Program-made: the position numbers and the translations under genes
Assembly (NCBI GenBank): GCA_964611435.1
Contig: CAZSXT010000005.1
Location: 88,290 to 152,289 of the forward strand
Direction: 5' to 3'
DNA: 64,000 nt
From: an uncultured Rhodospirillaceae bacterium
Lineage (GTDB): Bacteria > Pseudomonadota > Alphaproteobacteria > Rhodospirillales > UBA2165
Shown here: piece after piece, positions 30,613 to 39,438 of the stretch
Numbering within the stretch: position 1 is the first letter of the stretch
Layout: each line of letters begins with the position of its first letter
Notes under the pieces: model-generated
Told to the model about the DNA's origin: nothing
Database searches by the model: none
What the model saw: only the letters and a program-made list of their open reading frames with translations

Positions 30613-31755
30613 ATGAACTCACTCGGTTTCGATAAGGACCCCGCGGACACCCGCGTGGTGGTCGCCATGTCCGGCGGCGTGGACAGTTCCGTCACGGCGG
30701 CGTTGCTGCACGAGGAAGGCTATGACGTGGTCGGCATCACGCTGCAGCTTTATGACTATGGTGCGGCGGCGGTCCGGCCGGGCGCGTGCTGCGCCGGGCA
30801 GGATATCTATGACGCGCGCCGAGTCGCCGATACGCTGGGCTTTCCCCATTACGTCCTGGATTACGAGGATAAGTTCCGCCAGGAAGTTATGGACGATTTC
30901 GCCGACACCTATCTGGCCGGCGAGACGCCGATCCCGTGTGTGAAGTGCAATCAGACCGTCAAGTTCCGGGACCTGCTCGCCCGCGCGGTGGAATTACAGG
31001 CGGATGCGCTGGCCACCGGGCACTATATCCGCCGCGAAACAGGACCGGGCGGCGCGGAGCTGCACCGGGGCGCCGATCCGGGTAAGGATCAAAGCTATTT
31101 CCTGTTCGCCACGACGCGGGAGCAGTTGGATTTCCTCCGTTTCCCCCTGGGCGGCCAGTCCAAGGACGTGACCCGGGCGCATGCCGAACGCTTTGGTCTC
31201 GCCGTCGCCGACAAGCCCGATAGTCAGGATATCTGCTTCGTGCCCAACGGCGACTATGCCGAGATCGTCGCCAAGCTGCGCCCGGAAGGGGTGGAGCCCG
31301 GCGACATCGTCCATAGGGACGGTCGCGTGCTGGGCCGGCATGACGGCATCATCCACTATACGGTGGGCCAACGCCGGGGCTTGAACATCGGCGGGGGCGA
31401 TCCGCTCTATGTGCTGCGCCTGGATGCGGACACGCGGCGCGTCATTGTCGGGCCGAAGGACGCGTTGCTGGAAGAGACGGTGATCGTCCGCGACGTGAAC
31501 TGGCTGGGGGATGCGCCGTTGACCGAGGCCGGGGATGCGGGCGTGGAGGTGGAAGTCAAACTCCGGTCCATGCAGCCGTTGGCGCCGGCCCGTGTCGCGG
31601 CGGGTCTCGACGGCGGGGCGGTGGTCACGTTGCTGGAGCCACAGGCCGGCGTCGCGCCCGGCCAGGCGTGTGTGTTTTACGAATCCGGCGGCGGCAGCCG
31701 GGTGTTGGGCGGCGGCTGGATCGTGCGCCGCAACCCTGCGCGCATAGCGGCGTAA
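30613..31755 (+). CDS. mnmA: tRNA 2-thiouridine(34) synthase
   Basis: 380-aa ORF with the PP-loop [12 protein letters not shown] and catalytic Cys contexts ([14 protein letters not shown]). Confidence 0.93.
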   Translation: MNSLGFDKDPADTRVVVAMSGGVDSSVTAALLHEEGYDVVGITLQLYDYGAAAVRPGACCAGQDIYDARRVADTLGFPHYVLDYEDKFRQEVMDDFADTYLAGETPIPCVKCNQTVKFRDLLARAVELQADALATGHYIRRETGPGGAELHRGADPGKDQSYFLFATTREQLDFLRFPLGGQSKDVTRAHAERFGLAVADKPDSQDICFVPNGDYAEIVAKLRPEGVEPGDIVHRDGRVLGRHDGIIHYTVGQRRGLNIGGGDPLYVLRLDADTRRVIVGPKDALLEETVIVRDVNWLGDAPLTEAGDAGVEVEVKLRSMQPLAPARVAAGLDGGAVVTLLEPQAGVAPGQACVFYESGGGSRVLGGGWIVRRNPARIAA

Positions 31756-31781
31756 CCGGAATTGAAAGGGAGGTTGTTGAG

Positions 31782-32366
31782 ATGAAAACCGTACAAATCA
31801 CCCCGGAACAAATGGAGGCGCAGATCGCCCGGTTCGGGAAAATCAAACCGCAAAGCAGCAGCTATTCGGAAGAGGACGGCATCCCGAAGGAAGCCTACGA
31901 GACCCTGACGGCGAAGACGCTGTATCTCCTGATGTCGCCGGAAAAACAAGGCGGGCCCATGGCCCACCAGCCAGCAGTGACAACCGCGGACAAGATGAGC
32001 GTCATCATCGCCGAGTGCCCGCCGGGCGACCGGCCGGTGCTGCATGCCCATCACCGCACCAACGAGACTTTTTTCTGCCTGGACGGCCGGTTTCGCATCC
32101 GCTGGGGCGACGAGGGGGAGAACGAGATTTACCTCGATCCCTACGACATGATCGCCGTGCCGCCGGGCGTGGTGCGCGACTTCACCAATGTCTCGGACAA
32201 GACGGCGCGGCTTTTGGTGTGGATCACCGGCGAGGCGGAAGACGATTTCAACGACATCGAAATGCCCCCGGTGGAAGCCAAGGCCCTACAGGAGAAGTTC
32301 GGCGATGACATCCTGGAGAGGTTCGAGAAGATCGGGGTCAGCTTCAACGCCGGCGTGGATGCGTAA
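31782..32366 (+). CDS. cupin-domain metalloprotein of unknown function
   Basis: ORF 31668..32366. The ATG at 31782 follows GGGAGG. The canonical cupin motif 1 HAHHRTNETFFCLDG (HxH-x4-E-x6-G) is present. Confidence 0.75.
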   Translation: MKTVQITPEQMEAQIARFGKIKPQSSSYSEEDGIPKEAYETLTAKTLYLLMSPEKQGGPMAHQPAVTTADKMSVIIAECPPGDRPVLHAHHRTNETFFCLDGRFRIRWGDEGENEIYLDPYDMIAVPPGVVRDFTNVSDKTARLLVWITGEAEDDFNDIEMPPVEAKALQEKFGDDILERFEKIGVSFNAGVDA

Positions 32367-32395
32367 ACTGAAGTTGTGGTCGGGCCGGAGTTCAC

Positions 32396-32424
32396 TTGAC
32401 ACCGGCAGGGCTTAAAAATATACA
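32396..32424 (+). promoter_or_regulatory. sigma70-like promoter TTGACA-N17-TATACA upstream of tRNA-Met
   Basis: A perfect -35 hexamer lies at 32396..32401. A 17-nt spacer separates it from the -10-like TATACA at 32419..32424. This implies a ~165-nt leader before the tRNA. Confidence 0.4.
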
Positions 32425-32594
32425 CCTGTGTCCCGTTCGGGCGGCCTTTCTCTAAGGCGGCGACGAAGGGTCCCCAAGCCGAGGACCAATTGGTCCGAGG
32501 AGCCCGCCTAGAAGTAAATTAGGGCGGGCCGCCGACCGTTCGGCGAGCCAAGGTCGTGGATACGACCGCCTGGCGATTGAGGGGATAGATATGG

Positions 32595-32671
32595 GGCGGA
32601 GTAGCTCAGCTGGTTAGAGCAGCGGAATCATAATCCGCGTGTCGGGGGTTCAAGTCCCTCCTCCGCTACCA
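32595..32671 (+). tRNA. tRNA-Met (anticodon CAT), elongator type, CCA encoded
   Basis: Hand-folded cloverleaf: acceptor GGCGGAG/CTCCGCT (G1-U72 wobble), D arm GCTC-AGCTGGTTA-GAGC, anticodon arm GCGGA-ATCATAA-TCCGC, T arm GGGGG-TTCAAGT-CCCTC, followed by a T-run. It lacks the initiator features (C1xA72 mismatch, three G-C pairs in the anticodon stem). A lysidine-modified tRNA-Ile2 cannot be excluded. Confidence 0.9.
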
Positions 32672-32779
32672 TTTTTTTCAAAGTTTAGAACGAGAAATTC
32701 TGAGGCTGGATAGGGGCAGCGCGGCGCTACTAGGTATGATATCATGCCCGTCCCCGTTCAGCCTTGCTCAGCCCCCTTC

Positions 32780-33613
32780 ATGCGTAAACTCTCGTTACTT
32801 GCCCTCGCTCTGGCCGTCATCGCCGCCGCCGTTCTGTTTGTCGTCTCCCGAGACTTGCAGACCCGCCGCAACGATGTCTCGATTTCCATCGCAGATACGG
32901 ATGCCCCCGTGGTCACATTGTCAATTGCCGTGCTCGGGGATATTCATGTTCCCGAAAACCCGGATGCGCTGGCTTCGACCCGGCAACTCCTGGCGGAGGT
33001 GAAAGCGTCCGAGCCCGATTTGGTGCTTTTCGTCGGCGACTACATTGTCGATCCGTCCAGGATGAATGATTTTCCGACCCACCGGGAAAATGTCATCAAT
33101 GCCTTCAAGTTGGTGGATCCGGTCCCGCGGGCGATTGTCCTCGGCAACTATGAAGGTTGGTCAGACCCCGACTCGTGGCTGGCGGCGTTTGAACGGCTCG
33201 GAGTTGACGCGATGGAAAATCAGACTCGCATTCTGGAAACCAAAAAAGGCCCGGTCTGTGTGCGCGGCTTTGGTGACGCCTTTTCCGAGAGGTTCCGCTA
33301 CGTGGATTTTCCCGTTTCGTGCCGGGGAGTGCCCAAGTTATCGATCACCCACGATCCCGCAGGCGCGTTCGAGGCGCGGGTGAAGGGGCTGGTCATCGCC
33401 GGCCACACCCATTGTGGCCAGGTGAGTTTTCCCTTTGTCGGACCCTTGTGGGTGCCATCAGAGGCGCCACCCGCCGCTTATTGCGGGCTCTATCGGGACA
33501 GGGAGCGGACGCTGTTCGTGACGTCAGGCGTCGGGACGAGTATCCTACCTTTGCGTTTCGGCGCGCCGTCCCAATGGGATTTTATCACGCTAAAGATCAA
33601 CCGACCGGAATAG
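32780..33613 (+). CDS. membrane-anchored metallophosphoesterase (calcineurin-like)
   Basis: ORF 32744..33613. The Met at 32780 gives an N-terminal TM/signal segment (MRKLSLLALALAVIAAAVLFVV). Motifs VLGDIH, FVGDY, LGNYE and AGHTHCG are present. Confidence 0.82.
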   Translation: MRKLSLLALALAVIAAAVLFVVSRDLQTRRNDVSISIADTDAPVVTLSIAVLGDIHVPENPDALASTRQLLAEVKASEPDLVLFVGDYIVDPSRMNDFPTHRENVINAFKLVDPVPRAIVLGNYEGWSDPDSWLAAFERLGVDAMENQTRILETKKGPVCVRGFGDAFSERFRYVDFPVSCRGVPKLSITHDPAGAFEARVKGLVIAGHTHCGQVSFPFVGPLWVPSEAPPAAYCGLYRDRERTLFVTSGVGTSILPLRFGAPSQWDFITLKINRPE

Positions 33614-33650
33614 TCACAGAGCCAATTCCGACTCAAGGAGTTTTGCCATC

Positions 33651-34436
33651 ATGCCCAACATCACCGTCGGGGAGTTTCACATAGAATACGAGCAGCGGGG
33701 CGCCGGGCGGGACTTGGTGTTGCTGCCCACACTGCTGGCGGAGATGAGCGTCTATGACGCCGTGATCGACGCACTGGCGGCCAAGCGCCGGGTGACCCGG
33801 TTGAACTTTCCCGGCTTCGGCGGCTCGGCGGGGCCCATCGGCGATACGGTGGAGGATTATGCCGACCTGATCGCCGAAACCATACAGGCGCTGGGGCTCC
33901 CGGCGGAGGCCGATCTGATCGGCAACGGGTTTGGCGGCTTTATCGCCGGCACCTTGGCCATCCGTCACGGCCACCTGATCGACAAATTGGTGCTGGTGGA
34001 CACGGGCCCCGGTTTTCCCGATCCGGCGAAGGAGCCTTTGCGCATCCTGGCGCAGAAATCCTCGACCGAGGGGATGGGCGCGGTGCTGGAGGCAGCGATC
34101 CTGCGCATGTTCCCCGAAGAATTCATCGCGGCCGCGCCGGAGATCATCGCCACCCGCAAGCAACGCTTGTCGGCGGCGGACCCGCTGTTGTTCGCCAATG
34201 CGGCGCTGGCGCTGACTCTCTTGGACAACCGGCCGAAGCTCGGCGAGATCAAGAATCAAACCCTGGTCGTCGTCGGGCTCGCCGATAAAACGACGCCGCC
34301 GGACCTATCCCGCGAACTGCACGCCGGAATCACCGGTTCCCAACTGATCGAGCTGCCCGGCATCGGCCACTGTCCGCAGCTTCAGGACCCAGCCGGATTC
34401 CTCGCGGCCATTGGCCCCTTCCTCGAAATCGATTAG
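33651..34436 (+). CDS. alpha/beta-hydrolase-fold protein lacking the nucleophile serine (probable non-hydrolytic)
   Basis: 261-aa ORF with enol-lactonase-like overall layout. The nucleophile elbow reads G-N-G-F-G (33921..33935) and the usual HG oxyanion dipeptide reads PT (LVLLPTLL). The late Asp (GLADKTTP) and His (GIGHCP) are retained. Confidence 0.8.
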   Translation: MPNITVGEFHIEYEQRGAGRDLVLLPTLLAEMSVYDAVIDALAAKRRVTRLNFPGFGGSAGPIGDTVEDYADLIAETIQALGLPAEADLIGNGFGGFIAGTLAIRHGHLIDKLVLVDTGPGFPDPAKEPLRILAQKSSTEGMGAVLEAAILRMFPEEFIAAAPEIIATRKQRLSAADPLLFANAALALTLLDNRPKLGEIKNQTLVVVGLADKTTPPDLSRELHAGITGSQLIELPGIGHCPQLQDPAGFLAAIGPFLEID

Positions 34437-34476
34437 CCTGAAGCCAGTCGGAAGGAGGCTACAGGGCAGATAGGCC

Positions 34477-35298
34477 ATGACCTACACACTGACGCAGGAA
34501 CAGATCGACGCGTACAACAATGACGGCGCGGTGTTGCTGGAAGGGGTGATCAGCCCTGCTTGGCTGGAGCGGGTGGCCGCCGCGATTGAGCGGGATATCG
34601 AAAATCCCGGCCCGTTCTATCACGGCTATGAAGCGGAAGGTGGCAAGGGCCGGTTTCATGGCAATCTCCGGGTGTGGGAGAACGATCCGGAATTCAAAGC
34701 CTATTGCTTCGAGACAGATTTACCGCAGATCGCCGCGCAATTGTTTAACTCGTCCAAGTCCGTGTTGCTCTATGACCAGATTTTCGTGAAGGAACCGCAA
34801 ACCGGTAACCGCACCCGTTGGCACAATGATCAGCCCTATTGGCCGGTCCGGGGCTGGGACGTGCTGTCCTTCTGGCTGGCCCTTGACCCGACGACGGAAG
34901 AAAATGGGCGATTGGAATTCGTTCGAGGTTCCCACAAGTGGGACCGCTGGTTCCAGCCGGAACGTTTCGGCGATACCAAGGATGACGGAAAAACCTCTTA
35001 CGACCACAATCCCGACTACGAACCTATGCCCGATATCGAAGCCGCGCGAGGCGACTATGACATCATCGCGTGGGATATGGCGCCCGGCGACGTGATCGCC
35101 TTTCACGCCCTGACCGTGCACGGGGCCGGGGGTAATGAACGGGACGATGTGCGCCGGCGCGGCTATACGGTGCGCTATCTGGGGGATGACGCCTGGTATG
35201 ACACAAGGCCCGGCACCTCTAAACCGATGCACGTGCCGGGGAAAGCCGATGGCGATCCAATGCCGTGCGATGTGTTTCCTTTGGTGTGGGAGCGTTAA
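34477..35298 (+). CDS. phytanoyl-CoA dioxygenase (PhyH) family Fe(II)/2-oxoglutarate oxygenase
   Basis: 273-aa ORF with the HxD facial-triad motif WHNDQPYW and the distal His in ALTVHGAGGN. Confidence 0.82.
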   Translation: MTYTLTQEQIDAYNNDGAVLLEGVISPAWLERVAAAIERDIENPGPFYHGYEAEGGKGRFHGNLRVWENDPEFKAYCFETDLPQIAAQLFNSSKSVLLYDQIFVKEPQTGNRTRWHNDQPYWPVRGWDVLSFWLALDPTTEENGRLEFVRGSHKWDRWFQPERFGDTKDDGKTSYDHNPDYEPMPDIEAARGDYDIIAWDMAPGDVIAFHALTVHGAGGNERDDVRRRGYTVRYLGDDAWYDTRPGTSKPMHVPGKADGDPMPCDVFPLVWER

Positions 35299-35423
35299 CA
35301 GCGCAGCAGCTCATCGTCTACACCATCGAGCCGGATTATACCCGGATTTTGCGGCTGCTTGGCGGACGGCAGAATTGGCGTACAATTCTTGAGGCTTTGG
35401 TACAGTGATTCGAGGGAAGCGAG

Positions 35424-36038
35424 CTACCCCGGCTTGTTGCCGGTCAGTTTGATCACCGCCGACATGCCGCCGTGGGCCTGACCTTCGTAGAATTCCAGCT
35501 CTTCCTCTTCGATCACCAGATTGTCGAAGCCGCCGAATGTTTCGGCCAGTAGCGCCGGCGTGTAGAGGTTCTCCTCCTTTTTGGGGCCGCCCGTGCCGTA
35601 CTCCAACTGTTTCGGCGTGTAGCCCTGGATGATCAGCAGGCCGCCGGTTTTCAGCGCCTTGATCATGCCGGCCCATTTCTGCGCTCGCTGTTCGGGCGAG
35701 CTGAACTGGGTGAAAATCTCCGCCACCACGTCGAAGGCGGCGTCTGGGTAGTCCCAGGTGTGAACATCGGTCTCAATAATCTCCATTTCGACGCCGCGTT
35801 TTGCGGCCAGTTCCCGCGCTTTCGCCTGCGCGGTGGGGGAGAAATCGATGGACGTGACCTCCAGACCTCTCTCGGCCAGCCAGACGCCATTCCGGCCCTC
35901 GCCATCGGCCACCGCCAGGGCTTTACCGCTGGCGGGCAACAATGTTTCGCAGGCTTTCAGGAAATAGTTGGGGTCTTCGCCGAACAGAAAGCCGTCGATG
36001 TCATAGCGGCCTTCCCAGCGGTCAAATTCTTGGGACAC
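35424..36038 (-). CDS. class I SAM-dependent methyltransferase
   Basis: 204-aa ORF with the Rossmann motif-I-like ALAVADGEGRNGVWLAERG followed by acidic-loop SIDFS. Length and layout are TehB/TPMT-like. Confidence 0.78.
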   Translation of the reverse strand: MSQEFDRWEGRYDIDGFLFGEDPNYFLKACETLLPASGKALAVADGEGRNGVWLAERGLEVTSIDFSPTAQAKARELAAKRGVEMEIIETDVHTWDYPDAAFDVVAEIFTQFSSPEQRAQKWAGMIKALKTGGLLIIQGYTPKQLEYGTGGPKKEENLYTPALLAETFGGFDNLVIEEEELEFYEGQAHGGMSAVIKLTGNKPG

Positions 36039-36210
36039 GGGGGATACTCCAGGGATGGGGTGGTCAATTCACGGCGGAGACTAGTCCATAAATTTCACCA
36101 TTTAAACACGTGAATGAGAGCGGCCGGGCTTACATGATCAGGCCATCATTCGGTTTGCCGTATCGGGTCTTGGAGGCGATACTGGGCGGGTCCCAAGGGA
36201 GTAAGTTTTT

Positions 36211-37269
36211 ATGGAATTTGGTGTTTTTTCCAACGGTTTCCGCCCGCATACCACTGCCGCGGAATGCTATGAAGAAGATCTGCAGGAAATCATCCTGGCT
36301 GACAAATTAGGGTTCACCGATCTGTTCTTAAGCGAACACCATGGAGAACCACCCTATATCAACAGGGTCGATACGATCCCGGCGCCGGAATTCCTGATGG
36401 CCAAAGCGGCGGGCTTGACCAAACAAATCCGCATGGGCGCGGCGGTGAAGCTGTTGCATATCCACCATCCTTTGGACGTGGCGATCCAGTCGGCGATTAT
36501 GGAACACTTGCTGGGGGAAGGCCGGTTTTTCCTGGGCTTTGGCACGGGCTTTCCGTCGCCCCTATTCTGTGAGGAGCGCGGGATGACCTACGACGACCGG
36601 CATGCGCGCCTGCAGGAATCCTTGGAATTCATTCTGAAATGCTGGAACAGCGACGAGATTTTCGACTGGGACGGCGAACACTGGCAGGGCAAGGGCGTTG
36701 TGGCCCTACCCAAGCCGATGTCCCGGCCACTGCCCATGGCGACGGCGACGGATACTGAAGAGGTCATCAAACTGTCCGCGGAGCGGGGCTACCGGATGGT
36801 CACGGCCTTTTTGGACGGGGCGGAACGGGTGAAGGCCAAGGCGGAAAAATATGAAAGCTATGCCAAAGCGGCTGGTGTACAGGATGCGCGCAAGAATTTC
36901 CTGGCCTCGCGGATCGTCTACGTGGCGGATTCCGTTGAACAGGCGCTGGCGGAAATGCGCTCGTCTGTGACCTTCGAAATCAGCGTCCAGGCGGAACGGG
37001 GTTTCCTGGATATGCTCAAGCGGGTCTATGACCTGGATGTGCCCAATAACGAAAAGGGCATAGAGGCGCTGGTCGAGGCCGGATTCTATCTGATCGGCGA
37101 GCCTGACCGGATCGCTGAACAGATTAAGGACCTCTATGATCAGACCGGCGGGTTCGGCACGTTCCTTTACGTGGGCGGCAAAAACTGGGCAACGCGGGAG
37201 CACCGGGTCCGGTCCATGACCCGCTTCATGCAGGAAGTCGCGCCGCAACTCGAAGACCTGACACCCTGA
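36211..37269 (+). CDS. LLM-class (luciferase-like) flavin-dependent monooxygenase
   Basis: 352-aa ORF. Its N-terminus (EDLQEIILADKLGFTDLFLSEHHG) is paralogous to ORF 40439..41560. Confidence 0.82.
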   Translation: MEFGVFSNGFRPHTTAAECYEEDLQEIILADKLGFTDLFLSEHHGEPPYINRVDTIPAPEFLMAKAAGLTKQIRMGAAVKLLHIHHPLDVAIQSAIMEHLLGEGRFFLGFGTGFPSPLFCEERGMTYDDRHARLQESLEFILKCWNSDEIFDWDGEHWQGKGVVALPKPMSRPLPMATATDTEEVIKLSAERGYRMVTAFLDGAERVKAKAEKYESYAKAAGVQDARKNFLASRIVYVADSVEQALAEMRSSVTFEISVQAERGFLDMLKRVYDLDVPNNEKGIEALVEAGFYLIGEPDRIAEQIKDLYDQTGGFGTFLYVGGKNWATREHRVRSMTRFMQEVAPQLEDLTP

Positions 37270-37304
37270 CGATAATCGATAGCGTAACCGGAGACTAACC
37301 AGCC

Positions 37305-38279
37305 GTGCTTGGCAGCCTCCTCTCCTTGGCGTCGGCCGCCCTGTTTGGCCTCAACAGCGCCAGCATTCGCCGTGGCGTATTGACCGGTACGGTGGTTCAG
37401 GGCGTGGCGATTTCCGTGACGGTGGGGATACCCATCTTTCTGATCGCCGGCGTCGCGACCAACGCGTTCGACATCATCCCCGGCATGAGTTCGAGTCTGT
37501 TGTTCATGCTGGCTTTGGCCGGCGCCATCCACTTCGGTTTTGCCCGCTACTGCAATTATTTGTCCCTGCAGGCAATGGGCTCCAATCTAACCCGATCTTT
37601 TCAGCAAATGAGCCTGCTCCTGACTCTGGCGTTGGCCCTGATATTCCTGGACGAAAGCCTGACGCCGCTAAGGTTATTCGGCATTCTCCTGATCATGAGC
37701 GGCCCCCTGTTCATCCTGAAGGATCGACGCCGCCGGGCAACCGTCGGGAACGCCAATGCATTCAATCCGGATTACAGGACCGGCATCTTGTTCTCGCTCC
37801 TGTCCGCACTGGGATTCGGCGTAAGCCCCATCCTCATTCGCTATTCCCTGGAAAACAGCGGTGTCTGGGGCGGGGTTGCGGGCGGGTTGATCGCCTATTT
37901 GGGCGGTGGTGCTGTGATCTGGCTTGCGGTTCTTTTTACCGGAAAAGTCCGGCATGTGTTCACCTTAGACCGGACCACCGCCAAATGGTTTTGTTTGTCC
38001 GGTGTTTTTGTCACCGTTTCCCAGATGCTCCGGTTTATGGCGCTTGCCGTGGCGCCGGTCAGCATTGTCTCGCCCATCCAGCAGACGTCGAATATATTTC
38101 AGATGTTGTTCGCCTGGCTGATCAACCGTCAACACGAAGCCTTCGGCCCGTGGGTGATTGCCGGGATTATCTTTTCCATGCTGGGCGCCATCTGCGTATC
38201 CATCAGCCTGGAGCCAATCTTGAATTTACTTGATCTGCCTCCCGACCTGCACCGGGTTCTGAGCTGGCGCTGGCCTTAA
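37305..38279 (+). CDS. EamA/DMT-family transporter
   Basis: 324-aa highly hydrophobic ORF with a GTG start. It has about ten TM-like segments arranged as two similar halves. Confidence 0.8.
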   Translation: MLGSLLSLASAALFGLNSASIRRGVLTGTVVQGVAISVTVGIPIFLIAGVATNAFDIIPGMSSSLLFMLALAGAIHFGFARYCNYLSLQAMGSNLTRSFQQMSLLLTLALALIFLDESLTPLRLFGILLIMSGPLFILKDRRRRATVGNANAFNPDYRTGILFSLLSALGFGVSPILIRYSLENSGVWGGVAGGLIAYLGGGAVIWLAVLFTGKVRHVFTLDRTTAKWFCLSGVFVTVSQMLRFMALAVAPVSIVSPIQQTSNIFQMLFAWLINRQHEAFGPWVIAGIIFSMLGAICVSISLEPILNLLDLPPDLHRVLSWRWP

Positions 38280-38287
38280 AATCATTT

Positions 38288-39316
38288 CTAGAATCGTCTC
38301 GGCGGATGAGGCGGCGGGCCGCCCGGATGCGGTCCACCCGGTGGTGGTCCGAAACCGCCACCCGGCGGATGCGGCGGCGGGCCGCCCCGGCGCTTGGCAA
38401 AGCTTTGGTCGGGCGAGGCATTGAAACAGCGGGGGATGACAGGCCAGTCCTGGGTCAGGAAATAGGCGTAACTCCCGTTCGGAAATTCCGGCGTCGCCAC
38501 CCGCTTGCCATTGCAGGCATCAAGATCGCCGGCGCCTTTGACGAATTCATAGTCCACCACAAAAGTACCGTCATATTTGCCGCCGGGATCGCCGAAACCG
38601 TCCGGCCGGTCGCCCATTTTGAGGCGATAACTTGATTTGTATTCCTTGACGCCGCCGTCCGCGTCTCGGCCATTGGCAAATCCGTGAACGGCGTAAATCG
38701 GGAACCCGTCTGCGGCCCAGCCGACCAGGGGCGAATGGGCCTTGCCGGTGACATTGAGTTGATCCAGCAGACCCCAGGGCATGCCGTGATAGTGATAGAG
38801 TCCGCCTGGTTGGACATGGGCAAAGTTCTCATCGACACCCAGCGCGATTGCGCCGGAAAGGGCCTCATACCGCCAGTCGGAATTGCGGTAGCCTTTTTAC
38901 CATTCGGCCGCTGACGGATCGAAGGGCACGCCGTTAACCGCGACACCGAAGGAGCGCATGCCGATTTCCCGTGCGCGTCCGTCAAATTCCGGTTTGGCCG
39001 GCATGGTGAATTCATAGTCCTGTTCTTCGATTTCGTGCGGATTGCCGCGATTTGGAAAACGACCGACCCTGTGTGCCGGGATGCCGTTGGATTTGATGAC
39101 CCGCTCATTGCCCCTAACTTCAATGCTGACGCGATTGTTCCAGGACAGCCGTTCAGAGGCGCTAACCGTCGTGGCGCCGCTGGATTGGATGGCGGTGTGA
39201 TATCGCGCCGGGGGCGGGCCTTGGCCAACCACACCGGTGGCGATGAAGCTGCCGGTAAAAACGGCGGAGGCCGTAAAAACGCCCGCGTAAAATATACTGG
39301 ACATTGAAAATCTCAT
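38288..39316 (-). pseudogene. YHYH-domain secreted protein interrupted by a single in-frame TAA (38897..38899)
   Basis: ORFs 38897..39316 and 38288..38782 share one frame. The 114 nt between them are open and encode KGYRNSDWRYEALSGAIALGVDENFAHVQPGGLYHYHG. The N-terminus is signal-like and the C-terminal tail is Pro/Gly/His-rich. Confidence 0.7.
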
Positions 39317-39438
39317 GGTCCGGGCCTCGTTGCCGGGAGTATTTTTGAAAATAATTCTCGAAGTATAAGCTTTCGGCAGTATGATGTAACCTAGGAAAAA
39401 TGGGGTCTTTCGGGCCCTACAGCAAGAGGTGATGGATC

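Noticed and set aside
32425-32594. Identification of the structured tRNA-upstream interval as SRP RNA, 6S RNA, tmRNA or RNase P RNA.
   Set aside because: I could not find the conserved SRP domain IV sequence, a tRNA-like acceptor/T-arm with tag ORF, or RNase P-scale length. It is kept only as an unclassified candidate in the findings.
39343-39356. Near-palindrome TATTTTTGAAAATA between the YHYH gene and the TauD-family gene, considered as an operator.
   Set aside because: It is imperfect, very AT-rich and short. It cannot be distinguished from ordinary promoter/UP-element sequence without comparative data.
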